Source: Holosporales bacterium
Lineage (GTDB): Bacteria > Pseudomonadota > Alphaproteobacteria > Holosporales > Holosporaceae
Direction of reading: 5' to 3'
DNA: 64,000 bases
NCBI GenBank assembly: GCA_044378415.1
Contig: JBILXO010000001.1
Location: forward strand, 11,130-75,129
The translations under genes were made by a program, and so were the position numbers. The notes beneath the pieces are model-generated. The model worked only from the letters and a program-made list of their open reading frames with translations. It did no database searches and was not told where the DNA came from. Below are positions 1 to 10,558 of this stretch, piece after piece; the stretch's first letter is position 1, and every line of letters begins with the position of its first letter.

Positions 1-543
1 ACCCTTGCCAACAGCAGACCAAATGTCGGTATTTTGTGCCGCAGACAAACCCATCATCATGAACAATCCAATGGCGACTATATCTTGAAACAGCAAAATG
101 GATAGTGCCGTTCGCCCGGATTGAGTGGTGAGTTCATAGCGCTCTGACAGCAGTTGGACCACCACGGCTGTGGAGGAAAAAGACAGGGCGATGGATAAAA
201 TTAAGGCTGTATCCCAGGGCATAAGAAATTGGGTGATGGAAAATAGCACGCCACTGGTTGCAAAAACTTGGACAAGGCCAAATCCGAAAATATAGCGCCT
301 CAATGCACGAATGCGGTGAAAGGGGATTTCCAGACCCACCGTAAACAAAAATAGCAGCAGTCCAACTTGCCCCAAAATAGATAAAAATGGTGTTTTTTCA
401 AACAATCCAAACCCCAATGGACCCAAAACAATGCCAGATAATAGGTAGCCAATGGCAATACTGACTCTGGTTTTTTGACAAATCACAAATGATCCCAAAA
501 CAGTGGCCAACAAAGCTAAAAACGTAAGTAATTCCTGAGGCAT
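1..543 (-). CDS. Kef-type monovalent cation:proton antiporter (CPA2 family), N-terminal 181 codons only; the rest lies left of the window
   Basis: My own minus-strand translation from ATG 543-541 stays open to base 1 (MPQELLTFLALLATVLGSFVICQK..GYLLSGIVLGPLGFGLF..LLLFLFTVGLEIPF..LLFQDIVAIGLFMM). It shows the TM-helix pattern and the GPxGxG and GLE motifs of KefB/KefC-like exchangers. It is absent from the ORF track because it runs off the edge. Confidence 0.7.
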   Translation of the reverse strand, partial: MPQELLTFLALLATVLGSFVICQKTRVSIAIGYLLSGIVLGPLGFGLFEKTPFLSILGQVGLLLFLFTVGLEIPFHRIRALRRYIFGFGLVQVFATSGVLFSITQFLMPWDTALILSIALSFSSTAVVVQLLSERYELTTQSGRTALSILLFQDIVAIGLFMMMGLSAAQNTDIWSAVGKG

Positions 544-1195
544 AGGGCAATGGGAAGAGGTTTTAAGTAATTGTACCCTAGATGGATCCGTATAAAAAGA
601 CTTTTTCAAAGATTATTATTTTTGCTTTTTCGGATAAGTGAGATAGGGCGCAGTCCTTGATAGGGCCATAAAAGGAAAGTGGTAAAAAAAAGATTGTCAT
701 GAGCTTTTAAAAAATCCCATGGATCTTTTGACAAAATTGGACCATAAAAATTAATTAATGGGTGGGGTCAAGGGGCATGGGGACCCGTTCTGCAAGTCTT
801 AACCGGCCGTCTAGAAACTGGGGGAGGCTTAACTTTAAAATTACCCCCAATATTTGAAAACAACCTGGTTGGCAGGACCATCAATCCTGGCCAGCCTTCC
901 AGGCAATCAATGGATTTGGGAAGGAGGGGGATGGTGTGAATTTATGTTCAGAGCAAACAAGGTCTACAGATGGGAACAAGGGGGATCCAATGAGGATTTG
1001 TCATGATTCTACTGAAAAAATGGTCGAAAGAAATCTGAAAAGACCACCTCGGAACATAGAAAGATGGAAAAATCGGGACCTGTATTCAGCTTTCAATCAT
1101 TCTAGCGCAGAAAAAATTTAGAAAAATGCAGGGTGTTTAATAGGGGGGGGAGGCACGCAGCCCAACAGTAAGACAACGGTGGAGGTGGGTCATTG

Positions 1196-1299
1196 ACAGA
1201 TGTCTTTGCAAGAGGAATGTATCAAACAGCATATTTTCGGGATGGAACAGATGCCTTTGCAACAGGAATGTTTTGCCACAGATGTGTTTCAACAAAAAT
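1196..1299. repeat. Three degenerate copies of a ~25-nt motif ACAGATG(T/C)NTTT(G)CAA(G/C)A(G/A)(G/A)AAT, next to the 3' side of tRNA-Val
   Basis: Copies start at about 1196, 1247 and 1278. The overlapping 67-aa and 84-aa ORFs look like repeat artefacts. Confidence 0.4.
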
Positions 1300-1416
1300 C
1301 TTTTTCCAAAAGAATGCATCATCCGAACATACCATCTATATATGGCATCACTCATCCCAATAGTGCCATGATATTGAATAAAATATGGCAAGTGGTATTG
1401 TAAAAAATTTGGAATG

Positions 1417-1488
1417 TGGGCGATGAAGGGATTGAACCATCGACCCTCTCGGTGTAAACGAGACGCTCTGCCGCTGAGCTAATCGCCC
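1417..1488 (-). tRNA. tRNA-Val (anticodon UAC)
   Basis: Minus-strand cloverleaf: GGGCGAT-TA-GCTC-AGCGGCA-GAGC-G-TCTCG-TTTACAC-CGAGA-GGGTC-GATGG-TTCAATC-CCTTC-ATCGCCC-A. The acceptor stem is a perfect 7 bp, the T loop is TTCAATC, and the T stem has one T:T mismatch. CCA is not encoded. Confidence 0.9.
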
Positions 1489-2248
1489 CTACAAAAAATA
1501 GTATCATGCATTGTCCGGAACAAGCAAGTCAATTTTTAGAAAAATATTTTAGAGGGTGTTCCCATTGGGATATTTGTCTTGGAATCCATGACCGGTTGGA
1601 ATATTCTAGCAATATGTTTTGAATTATTTAGACAAACACGAGCATTGGAATAACATTGCCTGAAAAATTTTTCTGAAAATATGGCCAGTCTTTTGGACTT
1701 CTTTTTTCGATTTACTGGGGCCTCTACTTCTAATCTCAAAAATACCACCATCTCACCTTTATTCCGTTTTGTCTCAAGATCTATTTTTTCTACCCAGCCC
1801 CCTTACTCGGATCTTTCCCAGTGCCCTCTGTTCTTATGTACCTTGTTCTTACCTATATCTATATCTCGGGCCTCAGTATTTCCAGGATCAGAATCTTCAA
1901 GGTTATAGCACGCTCCTTGCGATTACATTGGTGTGGGACCTCTCACGGAATGCTCTTTTGTTGTTGGACTTGGTGCCGCTGTCTTTGCCAGTTGCACGGG
2001 CTCTAGATTGATGGGTTGGTGGCCCTACGGATCTGCTTTTAATTGCCCTTATTTTTTGACTTGTCTCAAATTTTTGATTTGCCTCAATCTATGCTGGGCA
2101 GGCCCTGGTGGAGGCCATCTGCCACCGTTTTTTCAGTGACTGTTATTGTTTGCTTTTCATTACCTTACCCAGCAATTTATTTTTTGCACTGCATTTAATT
2201 TTGTCAGATTTATTCTATTGAATGAACGCTATTAAGATTTATTGAAAA

Positions 2249-3196
2249 TCAAAAATCGTCCCTGCTCTTCTTCAATGCTTCAGCCATTTCTTGCCTTTCC
2301 CGCTCTGACTCTATTGATTCAGCCAACGCCATATTCTCCATTTGCACATTAGCTGAATCTAAATCTTCCTGATCCCTCCTATTTTTTTCTTCTGCCGCTG
2401 TTATTTGGCTCCGCCTCATAGCTTCAGCCATTTCCGGATCTTCCTCTTGGACATTTTTTTCAGGTTCTTTGTCCTTGTTTTTGCTAGGGGCCATCTGGAC
2501 CGATCCTGTAGGCTGATTTTTTTGGGCTAATTGTTTTTTGGCGAGGGCTTCCTTCATCTTTTGCTGGGCATCTGTGGAGGCTGCCTTCTTCATGACATCT
2601 TCATATTTGGCTTTTGTTTCATCCTTCAGATTTTCCAAATCAGGCGCCTCATATAAATCATTAAACCCATTCCCTATATTATTTTGTTCCGAGAGTATTC
2701 GATTCATTTCATTATCGTATAAATCTTTTTCTTCATTAGACAAATAATCTTTTTTTTCTATTTCCCTCAATCGAATGTTGTTTAATTTTCTATGAATTGC
2801 AATTGCATTTGAGTGAAAATGAGCGTCAACGTTGGAGTCAACTAATGCTGCAATTTGTTGAGCAAAGGTAAAAATAATACTTCTTTCGCCTAAACTGAAA
2901 TCACTTGCGAACTCCTCCTGCGAAGTGCTTGAGAATGCTGTGAGTAAATCCTCAATGCTACGGCGGTAAGTGGGATCTTTGGCCTCTGTAAATGATTTCG
3001 CCCATGTTGTTTTGAATGCCTCATAATCTCCCTTCGATATCCTAGTAAACATATCGTAAGCTGTGGCCAGGACTTCCAAAATAGCTTTTTCCTCAGCCTT
3101 TCGTTTTTGAATGGAACTGGTGCTCTCAATAGCTTTAATGGGTTTGCTAGGCAGTATTGCCGCTGATAACAAGATTATGGTTAATAAATTTTTCAT
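2249..3196 (-). CDS. Secreted ORFan protein with C-terminal ubiquitin-interacting-motif (UIM)-like repeats
   Basis: 315-aa ORF with a Sec-type signal peptide (MKNLLTIILLSAAILPSKPIKA) in AT-rich DNA. The C-terminal 68 aa contain EEDPEMAEAMRRSQ and ERQEMAEALKKSRDD, which fit the UIM pattern acidic-Phi-x-x-A-x-x-x-S, plus a degenerate third copy (NMALAESIESE). Confidence 0.7.
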   Translation of the reverse strand: MKNLLTIILLSAAILPSKPIKAIESTSSIQKRKAEEKAILEVLATAYDMFTRISKGDYEAFKTTWAKSFTEAKDPTYRRSIEDLLTAFSSTSQEEFASDFSLGERSIIFTFAQQIAALVDSNVDAHFHSNAIAIHRKLNNIRLREIEKKDYLSNEEKDLYDNEMNRILSEQNNIGNGFNDLYEAPDLENLKDETKAKYEDVMKKAASTDAQQKMKEALAKKQLAQKNQPTGSVQMAPSKNKDKEPEKNVQEEDPEMAEAMRRSQITAAEEKNRRDQEDLDSANVQMENMALAESIESERERQEMAEALKKSRDDF

Positions 3197-3538
3197 TTGT
3201 ATATTGTTTATTTTTGCACTTAATCTATATTTAAAGGAATTATTTTAAAATAAAGTTAAAATAATTGGCAATTTTTCGGTATCACCGATTCAAAAAAGTT
3301 CAGTATGAAGAGGTTGTAATTTAGGAGCAGTTGGAATTACCCTCATTGATCCCTCTCACCTCCCACCCATTTCGGTGAAAAAAACCTGGAATATCCATTT
3401 GATCGTAATGCCAAAAATTATTACAAACAAATTTATTTTTTAAGATATTAAATTTACTTATATTTAATGTTATTTATTGTAATATAGTGTTGTGCAAATA
3501 ATTGTGCAAAAATTTAATTTAATAAAAGGATTTTCAAA

Positions 3539-3904
3539 ATGAAAAACTATATGATTTTAAGCCTGGTCCTGTGTTTGGGCGCATCCATCCATGCTGGTCC
3601 AAAAGAGGATTTGATTGATCATCTGGATGGATACCACAACAAAATGTCCAACGATATAGGGCGTGACTTTTCTAGTGCAAAAATGCTTCACGAATTGGGT
3701 AGATCCAGAATGAAAACAATGATCGATGATTCGGTTAAGGCAAATCCGGAAGATTCGGGGGTTCGGGATGTTGCCACAAAATTTGAAAATGGCGCCATAT
3801 TGGTAAGCAAAGCTGCATTTGACAAAGAGGCTGATACTGGAATTAAGGCGGTCAACAATGATCTAGACCTAGAAGCTGGCAATATTGAGGATTTTAAAAA
3901 ATAA
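3539..3904 (+). CDS. Small secreted hypothetical protein
   Basis: 121-aa ORF with signal peptide MKNYMILSLVLCLGASIHA and a very AT-rich 340-bp upstream leader. It is divergent from the 2249-3196 gene. I recognise no family. Confidence 0.6.
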   Translation: MKNYMILSLVLCLGASIHAGPKEDLIDHLDGYHNKMSNDIGRDFSSAKMLHELGRSRMKTMIDDSVKANPEDSGVRDVATKFENGAILVSKAAFDKEADTGIKAVNNDLDLEAGNIEDFKK

Positions 3905-4589
3905 GCCCATAGGAGTCAGGACCACATGGTGAATCATGGGCATAGTGGGCAACAAAGGTGGCAATGGGCAAACCTTCAACTTGGGGCCATGGCTTGACCA
4001 TATCCAGGCTCTGAAAAAACAAGGCCCCATTCCCAAGATCCCTAACTTGGCCGTTTGGCCCAGATTCCTGTGATCCAAAAAACAATTTGTTTCAATGTAA
4101 ACACAATTATTAAAATTGCATTTCAGATATGCAAAATACAGCAATAAAAAATTCTGCCAATCGTCGTATTGGTTTTGTCCCACTTTGATGTTGACTGGGT
4201 GCAGCTTTGATTCACCATGAGCAAGAATTTTCCCCCTCTATAAAATTTCCACTGCATTCCCATCTGTTGCCATTTCTTGTCCCATAGTTAGACTTGATCT
4301 GTATTTTTACCCCGGTTTTCAGGGCAAAATTTTTCTAATTTTCTAAAAAAAATGAGATGGGGGTGTTGAATGCTGTTTTTTTGCTTTCTGCCTGGAAGAG
4401 ATTTCTCGAAAATCTGTGCCATTTCGCAGAAATCAAGCCATATGGAGAGGGGGGGTAACCACCCCCTCTGTAACGTATCGTGCCCTGGGCCGAAATAGGA
4501 TTAACCTTGGAACTTTTTAAGATCCTCCATGGAATCCCAGGAAGGCATTCTCCCGATTCTTGCCTTGGTGCCCTTTCTTCTGGCGATTT

Positions 4590-5147
4590 TTAGGGCACCT
4601 CTTCTTCCGATCCTGGAAATAAGATCCAATGCATTTCATTGTATTTGGAATCTAATTTTGATTCTAGTTCTTCACAATATATCCCTGATAAATATTTAGC
4701 CATATTTATTTCTTGTTTAAAAATGAATTCTTTTTCAATTAAGGTTTTTTTGATATTGCAGCAAGGTGAAATATTCCTTATATCTATGTATTCCAACAAA
4801 GCTTTATGCCGCAATACGTTGACAGCAGTGCCCCTAGCCCACTTTGGGATTGTTGATTTTTTTAAAAAGTCTTTTATTTTTTCACAGAATTCCTTGACCT
4901 CTAGATTGGATTCAAAATCATGAAAATTATTGTATTTTTTTGAAATTTTTAAAGTTAATTTATCCAAAATTTTTGAATTGGAAGATGTAAGTTTTCCATA
5001 TTGTAAATAAGATTCATTTTTATTTTTTGATTGAACCAATTTGGATGATTGATCTAACCCGTTAATATTTTCCACAGGCCATACATGACATGGCCTTATG
5101 CACAAGATCTGAACCAATATCCACAGGATTTTTTTCATTTTCACCAT
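4590..5147 (-). CDS. Secreted hypothetical protein
   Basis: 185-aa ORF, AT-rich and K/N/I-rich, with a hydrophobic N-terminus (MVKMKKILWILVQILCI). I recognise no family. Confidence 0.5.
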   Translation of the reverse strand: MVKMKKILWILVQILCIRPCHVWPVENINGLDQSSKLVQSKNKNESYLQYGKLTSSNSKILDKLTLKISKKYNNFHDFESNLEVKEFCEKIKDFLKKSTIPKWARGTAVNVLRHKALLEYIDIRNISPCCNIKKTLIEKEFIFKQEINMAKYLSGIYCEELESKLDSKYNEMHWILFPGSEEEVP

Positions 5148-5274
5148 TTCAATGCCTATGATTTTAAGATATTGGAAAAGTATAGTTTAATTATTGTAAA
5201 AGATCCATATGGCAAAATATATGGCAACATAGTGGATAAAATTTAGAGAAGATCCCCAACTGTGTATGTTCAAA

Positions 5275-5742
5275 TCAGCCGGAAAAACTGCGGTGAATCT
5301 GGCCCAATGCCATCATCCACCAATAGGCCCGTTGAGCCGAAACGACATCTGATTCATTCCACGCTGAGGCAAAGGCCACATGGACCTGATGGTAATCATG
5401 GGCATTTGGTTGGCGTTCAGCCTCATACCAAGAGAATGTTTCTTGGAACAGGTCTGGAAAAGATGGCAGTGGCCAATGACCAGCCAATTGCAACAGGTGC
5501 TCTGCTCTTTTTTCAGGGCTGCGCAAGATCTGATAGGCTTGGGTGCATTCGGCAGACAGTTCGGTCGCCAAACGTTTTCCAATTTCTGATGACCACAAAT
5601 CAGGATGCACCTGGCGTTGGGCCTGCTCGTAATGCCGTTCCAGAGAAATCAAGCAAATGTCAAAAGATTCTGGTATATCCAGCTTTGAAAAAGCATTTAT
5701 GGTGGTTTTCTTTAAATCAGACATGGGAATCAATGGAATCAT
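5275..5742 (-). CDS. hscB: Fe-S cluster co-chaperone HscB (J-type)
   Basis: Contains a J-domain-like segment (...LERHYEQAQRQVHPDLW...AYQILRSPEKRAEHLL). It lies directly downstream of iscA, and the ATG at 5742 overlaps the iscA stop in an ATGA arrangement. The ORF track extends to 5769. Confidence 0.75.
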   Translation of the reverse strand: MIPLIPMSDLKKTTINAFSKLDIPESFDICLISLERHYEQAQRQVHPDLWSSEIGKRLATELSAECTQAYQILRSPEKRAEHLLQLAGHWPLPSFPDLFQETFSWYEAERQPNAHDYHQVHVAFASAWNESDVVSAQRAYWWMMALGQIHRSFSG

Positions 5743-6068
5743 ACATGAAAAGAAGCCCCACACCCACATTGCCCTTTTTCGTGGGGATTTCGAAAGACAA
5801 AGCCTCTTCGAGTAGGCGTTTCCTGGTAATCCATCTCTGTTCCCACTAAAAACAGCAAAGCCTTGGTGTGAACGTATAAAAAATACCGGTCATTAATGGC
5901 GATATTTTCTTCTTCGACGTTGGGCCGATCAACATATTCCAAGACATAGCTGAGGCCAGAGCAACCGCGTGTGCGCAAACGAATCCGAACCCCATGCTCT
6001 GGGCGCTGATCCAGCAATCGCAGCAACTCTTTTGTGGCGTCGGATGTTAGGCTGATGGCGCTGCGCAT
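5739..6068 (-). CDS. iscA: Iron-sulfur cluster assembly protein IscA/ErpA (HesB family)
   Basis: 109 aa with GCSGLSY and the C-terminal CGCGASFHV motif typical of A-type carriers. Confidence 0.85.
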   Translation of the reverse strand: MRSAISLTSDATKELLRLLDQRPEHGVRIRLRTRGCSGLSYVLEYVDRPNVEEENIAINDRYFLYVHTKALLFLVGTEMDYQETPTRRGFVFRNPHEKGQCGCGASFHV

Positions 6069-6445
6069 GTATTCTTTTTCTGATAATCCAAAATAGCCGA
6101 TCGGATGGCATCCTCGGCCAACATGGAGCAGTGCATTTTAACAGGGGGCAGGGACAGCTCGTTGGATATGTCTGTATTTTTAATGGCGCCCGCCTGGTCC
6201 AGAGTCTTGCCACGCAACATTTCTGTGGCCAACGATGCCGAAGCAATGGCTGATCCACATCCAAAAGTTTTAAATTTGGCCTCAGTGATCACGCCCATTT
6301 TATCCACCAAAATCTGTAATTTCATGACATCGCCACAGGCTGGGGCGCCAACCATGGCTGTTCCAACATTTGGATTTGCCGTATCCATCGTTCCAACATT
6401 TCTGGGATTCTCGAAATGATCAATAACAGTGGGTTTGTAGGCCAT
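6047..6445 (-). CDS. iscU: Fe-S cluster scaffold IscU
   Basis: 132 aa with GAPACGDVMKL, FKTFGCGSAIASAS and LPPVKMHCS motifs (three Cys ligands plus LPPVK). Confidence 0.93.
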   Translation of the reverse strand: MAYKPTVIDHFENPRNVGTMDTANPNVGTAMVGAPACGDVMKLQILVDKMGVITEAKFKTFGCGSAIASASLATEMLRGKTLDQAGAIKNTDISNELSLPPVKMHCSMLAEDAIRSAILDYQKKNTCAAPSA

Positions 6446-6637
6446 AATACATAATTTTGAAAATCTATGTATTCAATATAACACCATTTGTGTCCATGAC
6501 CAATGTTTTTTACAAAAGTTTATGGGTGTGAAAAAATTTACCCCAAGAGCTTTTTCTAACTTGATGCACTTCGTTTTGTTGCTTGACGCACTTCAATTGT
6601 CGTACTCTGAAAAAAGATCCTCTAAAAATACTAAAAA

Positions 6638-8149
6638 ATGCTCAAAAATAAATGCCTACATGAGGCAAAACAAGATTTTACCCCAGATTTTACCTGTGCT
6701 TTGGCCTTGCAAAGTCCTGAAAACGCCCTTCAGGTGGTGGGTTTTTTTTCCAATGGTACATTAACTTGTGCAGATACCCAGGCATGCGCCCCTCTGGTAA
6801 GAGATGCTTTAAAGCACTGCGCCATCAAAGAGGGGGAAAAAATTTTTATATCACCAAATATTTTGGTTATGGCTGCCAATCACCCGGACACATTAAAAGG
6901 TTGGCAAGAGCTGGGCGCAAAGTTGCTTCGTGCCGTTCCAGCTGATCGCGTTGGTGCCCTGATTCTTGATGCCTTGTCTTGGGAAGAGGTTGCAGCTGCA
7001 GCCTATGGTTGCGAGGTGTCTTCCTGGCGTTTAGAGCGCTTTCATACAGCAGCGCGACCTCTGCCCCCACGATGCAAAAAAGCGGTAATCGTCACAGTCC
7101 ATGCCGAAGATGAAGATTTCAAAAAACAGCGGGCACAAGATCATCATTTGGCACAGTCCGTCCATTGGGCAAGAGACATAGCCAACCGCCCTGGAAACGA
7201 TATTACACCAGAACATTTTATGCGTTGTGTGGATGCCTTTAAAGATTTAGGCATTACGGTGAATGTTTTAGATCAAGAAGCCTTGGAAAAGAAGGGGTTT
7301 GGGGCACTTTTAGGGGTGGCTCAAGGCAGCATCCATAAACCTTATGTGGTTACAGCCGAGTGGCGTGGCGCTGGTGCGGATGTTCCCATGGTTGCTTTGG
7401 TTGGCAAGGGCGTGACTTTTGATACTGGAGGCATTTCCATCAAGCCATCGAATAATATGGGGGAAATGAAATTGGATAAAACCGGTGCGGTGGTGGTTGC
7501 TGCCACTGTACGGACCTTGGCACTGCAAAAAGCATGCGTCAATGTGGTGGCGGTTTTGGCCTTGGTGGAAAACATGCCGTCGGGTTCTGCCCAGCGCCCG
7601 GGCGATATTGTGACCTCTTTATCGGGGCAAACCATTGAGGTTTTGGATACCGATGCCGAAGGACGATTGATTCTGGCGGACGCCTTGACCTATGTTGAGG
7701 GAGAATTTTCACCCTCTGTGATTATTGATATAGCTACTTTAACAGGGGCTGTGCGAGCTGCATTGGGCCCAGTCTATGCAGGAGTTTTCAGCAGGCACAA
7801 TGATTTAGTCTCACAATTGGTATCCTCGGGTGAAAAAACAGGGGAGGCTTTGTGGCCATTGCCATTGCACAAAGAATACGACGAAGCCATGAACAGCAAT
7901 TGTGCCGACATGAAGAATATTTCCGGTCCGGGGTTTGGTGCAGGCAGCAGTACGGCGGCTCAATTTTTAGCACGTTTTGTCAAAAAAGATCAAAGATGGG
8001 CGCACTTGGATATTGCCGGTGTAGATATGGCTGGAAAAGAAACTGTGCTGTGTCCCCGTGGGGGCAGTGCTTTTGGGGTGCAGTTATTGGTTCGTTGGCT
8101 CTTGGATCACCATGATTCTGTGGCCACTGGCTCTGATGCATGCCGTTGA
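6638..8149 (+). CDS. pepA: Leucyl aminopeptidase (M17 family)
   Basis: 503 aa with VGKGVTFDTGGISIKP and DTDAEGRLILADAL, the M17 metal-binding signatures. Confidence 0.9.
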   Translation: MLKNKCLHEAKQDFTPDFTCALALQSPENALQVVGFFSNGTLTCADTQACAPLVRDALKHCAIKEGEKIFISPNILVMAANHPDTLKGWQELGAKLLRAVPADRVGALILDALSWEEVAAAAYGCEVSSWRLERFHTAARPLPPRCKKAVIVTVHAEDEDFKKQRAQDHHLAQSVHWARDIANRPGNDITPEHFMRCVDAFKDLGITVNVLDQEALEKKGFGALLGVAQGSIHKPYVVTAEWRGAGADVPMVALVGKGVTFDTGGISIKPSNNMGEMKLDKTGAVVVAATVRTLALQKACVNVVAVLALVENMPSGSAQRPGDIVTSLSGQTIEVLDTDAEGRLILADALTYVEGEFSPSVIIDIATLTGAVRAALGPVYAGVFSRHNDLVSQLVSSGEKTGEALWPLPLHKEYDEAMNSNCADMKNISGPGFGAGSSTAAQFLARFVKKDQRWAHLDIAGVDMAGKETVLCPRGGSAFGVQLLVRWLLDHHDSVATGSDACR

Positions 8150-8170
8150 TTTGGAAGTTGGTTTAGGGAT

Positions 8171-8200
8171 GGGCCTCTTGCAGAGAGGGGCCCTATTGTG
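8171..8200 (+). terminator. Possible pepA terminator hairpin
   Basis: GGGCCTCT-loop-AGAGGGGCCC stem 22 nt after the pepA stop, followed by TATTGTGTT. The U-tract is weak. Confidence 0.4.
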
Positions 8201-8216
8201 TTAAAAATAAGCAAAA

Positions 8217-8243
8217 TTAGCACTCGCTGTCTGGCACTGCTAA
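8217..8243 (+). promoter_or_regulatory. CIRCE element (HrcA operator) upstream of groES
   Basis: TTAGCACTC-N9-CACTGCTAA against the consensus TTAGCACTC-N9-GAGTGCTAA. The left arm is perfect and the right arm matches 7/9. It lies 31 nt upstream of the groES ATG, and the SD AAGGAG is at 8261-8266. Confidence 0.75.
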
Positions 8244-8273
8244 TTCATCATCTTACTGAAAAGGAGACCCCAT

Positions 8274-8588
8274 ATGTCCAATTTTTCTCTCTCATTGCGT
8301 CCATTGCATGACCGCATTGTTATTAAGAGATTAGAGAGCGAGGATGTCACAGCAGGCGGATTGATCATTCCCGATACGGCCAAAGAGAAGCCCATCAAAG
8401 GGGAAGTCATGGCTGTAGGTCCAGGTGCACGGAATGAACAGGGCCTTTTAATGGCCATGGATATCAAGGTGGGGGATCACGTTTTGTTTGGAAAGTGGTC
8501 TGGAACGGAAACTAAAATTGATGGTGTGGATGTTGTGATTATGAAAGAATCCGATGTTTTAGCCATTTTGAACGCACCCTCTGCCTAA
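8274..8588 (+). CDS. groES: Co-chaperonin GroES
   Basis: 104 aa ([14 protein letters not shown]...[22 protein letters not shown]), immediately upstream of groEL. Confidence 0.95.
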   Translation: MSNFSLSLRPLHDRIVIKRLESEDVTAGGLIIPDTAKEKPIKGEVMAVGPGARNEQGLLMAMDIKVGDHVLFGKWSGTETKIDGVDVVIMKESDVLAILNAPSA

Positions 8589-8644
8589 CCTGTGGGTGGG
8601 ACATTGATTTAGAAAACAAGTATTCATATTAGGAGAAACAAACC

Positions 8645-10336
8645 ATGGCAGCAAAAGATATTCGTTTTAAGGATTCTCAGGGCAGCTTTTTGCGCGGAAT
8701 AAACATTCTGGCCGATGCCGTCAAATCGACATTGGGACCCTGTGGCCGCAATGTCATTTTTGAAAAATCCTTTGGCGCCCCTCGGGTAACTAAAGATGGC
8801 GTGACAGTGGCCAAAGAAATTGAGTTATCAGATCGTTTTGAAAATATGGGTGCCCAAATGGTGCGTGAAGTTGCCTCTAAAACAGCAGATTCTGCTGGTG
8901 ATGGGACGACTACGGCCACTGTTTTGGCCCAAGCGTTGATCCTAGAAGGGGTCAAGGGGGTAGGTTCAGGCATGAATCGTATGGAAATCAAGCGCGGTAT
9001 GGATAAAGCCATCGAGCTGCTGATCGAACAATTGCACAAAAATAGTGTGACGATTAAGGGCAATGCTCATAAAATTTCTCAAGTTGCCACCATTTCAGCC
9101 AACAGCGATCCAGAAATTGGCTCTATTGTTGCCGAAGCCATGCAACGTGTTGGGGATGAGGGCGTTATTACGGTTGAAGAGGCCAAGTCATTGACCACTG
9201 AATTGGATGTGGTCGAAGGCATGCAGTTTGATCGTGGGTACATTTCCTCTTATTTCTGCACCAATTCTGAAAAAATGATTTGTGAGCTGGAAAATCCATA
9301 CATCTTGTTGTGTGATAAAAAAATCAGCTCTTTGCAAACCATTTCTGCTATTTTAGAAGAATTGGTTCGCAAGGGTGCGTCTTGTTTGCTGATCGCAGAA
9401 GATATTGAGGGCGAGGCTTTGGCCACATTGATCATCAATAAAATTCGCATTGGCTTAAAAGTCGTTGCTGTAAAGGCACCTGGATTCGGTGATCGTCGCA
9501 AGGCTATTTTAGAGGACATCGCCGTATTAACAGGCGGTCGCGTGATTTCTGAAGAAGTTGGGATGACCTTAGAAAAAGTGCAACTTACGGATTTGGGTCG
9601 GGCAAAACGCATTGTCATCGATCGCGACAGCACCACCATTGTTGAAGGTGGTATGGGCAACAGCAAGGATGCCATTGCCGGCCGATGCACCTTGATTCGT
9701 CGCCAGATTGAAGACACAACATCTGATTATGATCGTGAAAAATTGCAAGAACGATTGGCCAAATTGGTTGGCGGTGTAGCCGTTATCCGGGTTGGTGGGG
9801 CCACAGAAGCCGAAGTGAAAGAGAAAAAAGATCGCGTGGATGATGCGGCTCATGCAACACGTGCAGCTGTGGAAGAAGGTATCGTTGCAGGCGGTGGTGT
9901 GGCCTTGTTGTATGCTGGCAAAGCGCTGAGTGCCTATATTGCCGATATCACCAAGCCTCAAGCACAAGAGCATACTGCCTTTTCAAACGACTACACCTTT
10001 GGAATGAAGTGCGTCCTAAAAGCTCTGCAAGCCCCTTGTTGCCAAATTGCTGAAAATGCAGGCAAAGAAGGCGCCGTTATTGTTCAAAAATTATTGGAAC
10101 AAAATGCCATGAATTATGGCTATGATGCCTACAGAGATGTCTATGGCGATATGGTGGAAATGGGCGTGATTGATCCGAAAAAAGTCGTGCGTTTGGCCCT
10201 GCAGAATGCAGGATCTATTGCAGGATTGTTTATCACTACAGAAGTCATGATCAGTGAAAAGCCCGCCAAAGAATCCTCAGCCCCACATGGCGGTATGGGT
10301 GGCGGTATGGGCGGTATGGGTGGTATGGACTTCTAG
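8645..10336 (+). CDS. groEL: Chaperonin GroEL
   Basis: 563 aa with [32 protein letters not shown] and a C-terminal [13 protein letters not shown] tail. There is an apparent ~15-aa insertion near [15 protein letters not shown]. Confidence 0.97.
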   Translation: MAAKDIRFKDSQGSFLRGINILADAVKSTLGPCGRNVIFEKSFGAPRVTKDGVTVAKEIELSDRFENMGAQMVREVASKTADSAGDGTTTATVLAQALILEGVKGVGSGMNRMEIKRGMDKAIELLIEQLHKNSVTIKGNAHKISQVATISANSDPEIGSIVAEAMQRVGDEGVITVEEAKSLTTELDVVEGMQFDRGYISSYFCTNSEKMICELENPYILLCDKKISSLQTISAILEELVRKGASCLLIAEDIEGEALATLIINKIRIGLKVVAVKAPGFGDRRKAILEDIAVLTGGRVISEEVGMTLEKVQLTDLGRAKRIVIDRDSTTIVEGGMGNSKDAIAGRCTLIRRQIEDTTSDYDREKLQERLAKLVGGVAVIRVGGATEAEVKEKKDRVDDAAHATRAAVEEGIVAGGGVALLYAGKALSAYIADITKPQAQEHTAFSNDYTFGMKCVLKALQAPCCQIAENAGKEGAVIVQKLLEQNAMNYGYDAYRDVYGDMVEMGVIDPKKVVRLALQNAGSIAGLFITTEVMISEKPAKESSAPHGGMGGGMGGMGGMDF

Positions 10337-10512
10337 GCCCCCTATCCAAGCTTTAAGTTTTCAACAGCTTTCTGATGAATGTTCTTATTGGATGGTGGAT
10401 CCTACCAGCCCCTTGATCAAGGTTTGGAATTTGGCACCATCATCTGATGGATAATTTTTACAAGAGGTTGAAAAAGACAGCTTCATAGGTGGCTTTTCTG
10501 AAAAAAAAGCAT

Positions 10513-10558
10513 GGGCATGTGCCAGGGACATTAATCTTTCTGGTTCATGCCCCTTTTT
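10513..10558 (+). terminator. Possible groESL terminator (A-run / long hairpin / T-run)
   Basis: GGGCATG...CATGCCC stem with inner CCAG/CTGG pairs. It is preceded by A8 and followed by CTTTTT, about 175 nt after the groEL stop. Confidence 0.4.

Noticed and set aside
5262-5849. A 195-aa plus-strand ORF lies across hscB and iscA.
   Set aside because: It is antisense to two conserved isc genes and has no independent support.
8677-9973. Three 128-155-aa ORFs lie on the minus strand inside groEL.
   Set aside because: They are antisense shadow ORFs of a highly expressed conserved gene, with no RBS or recognisable product.
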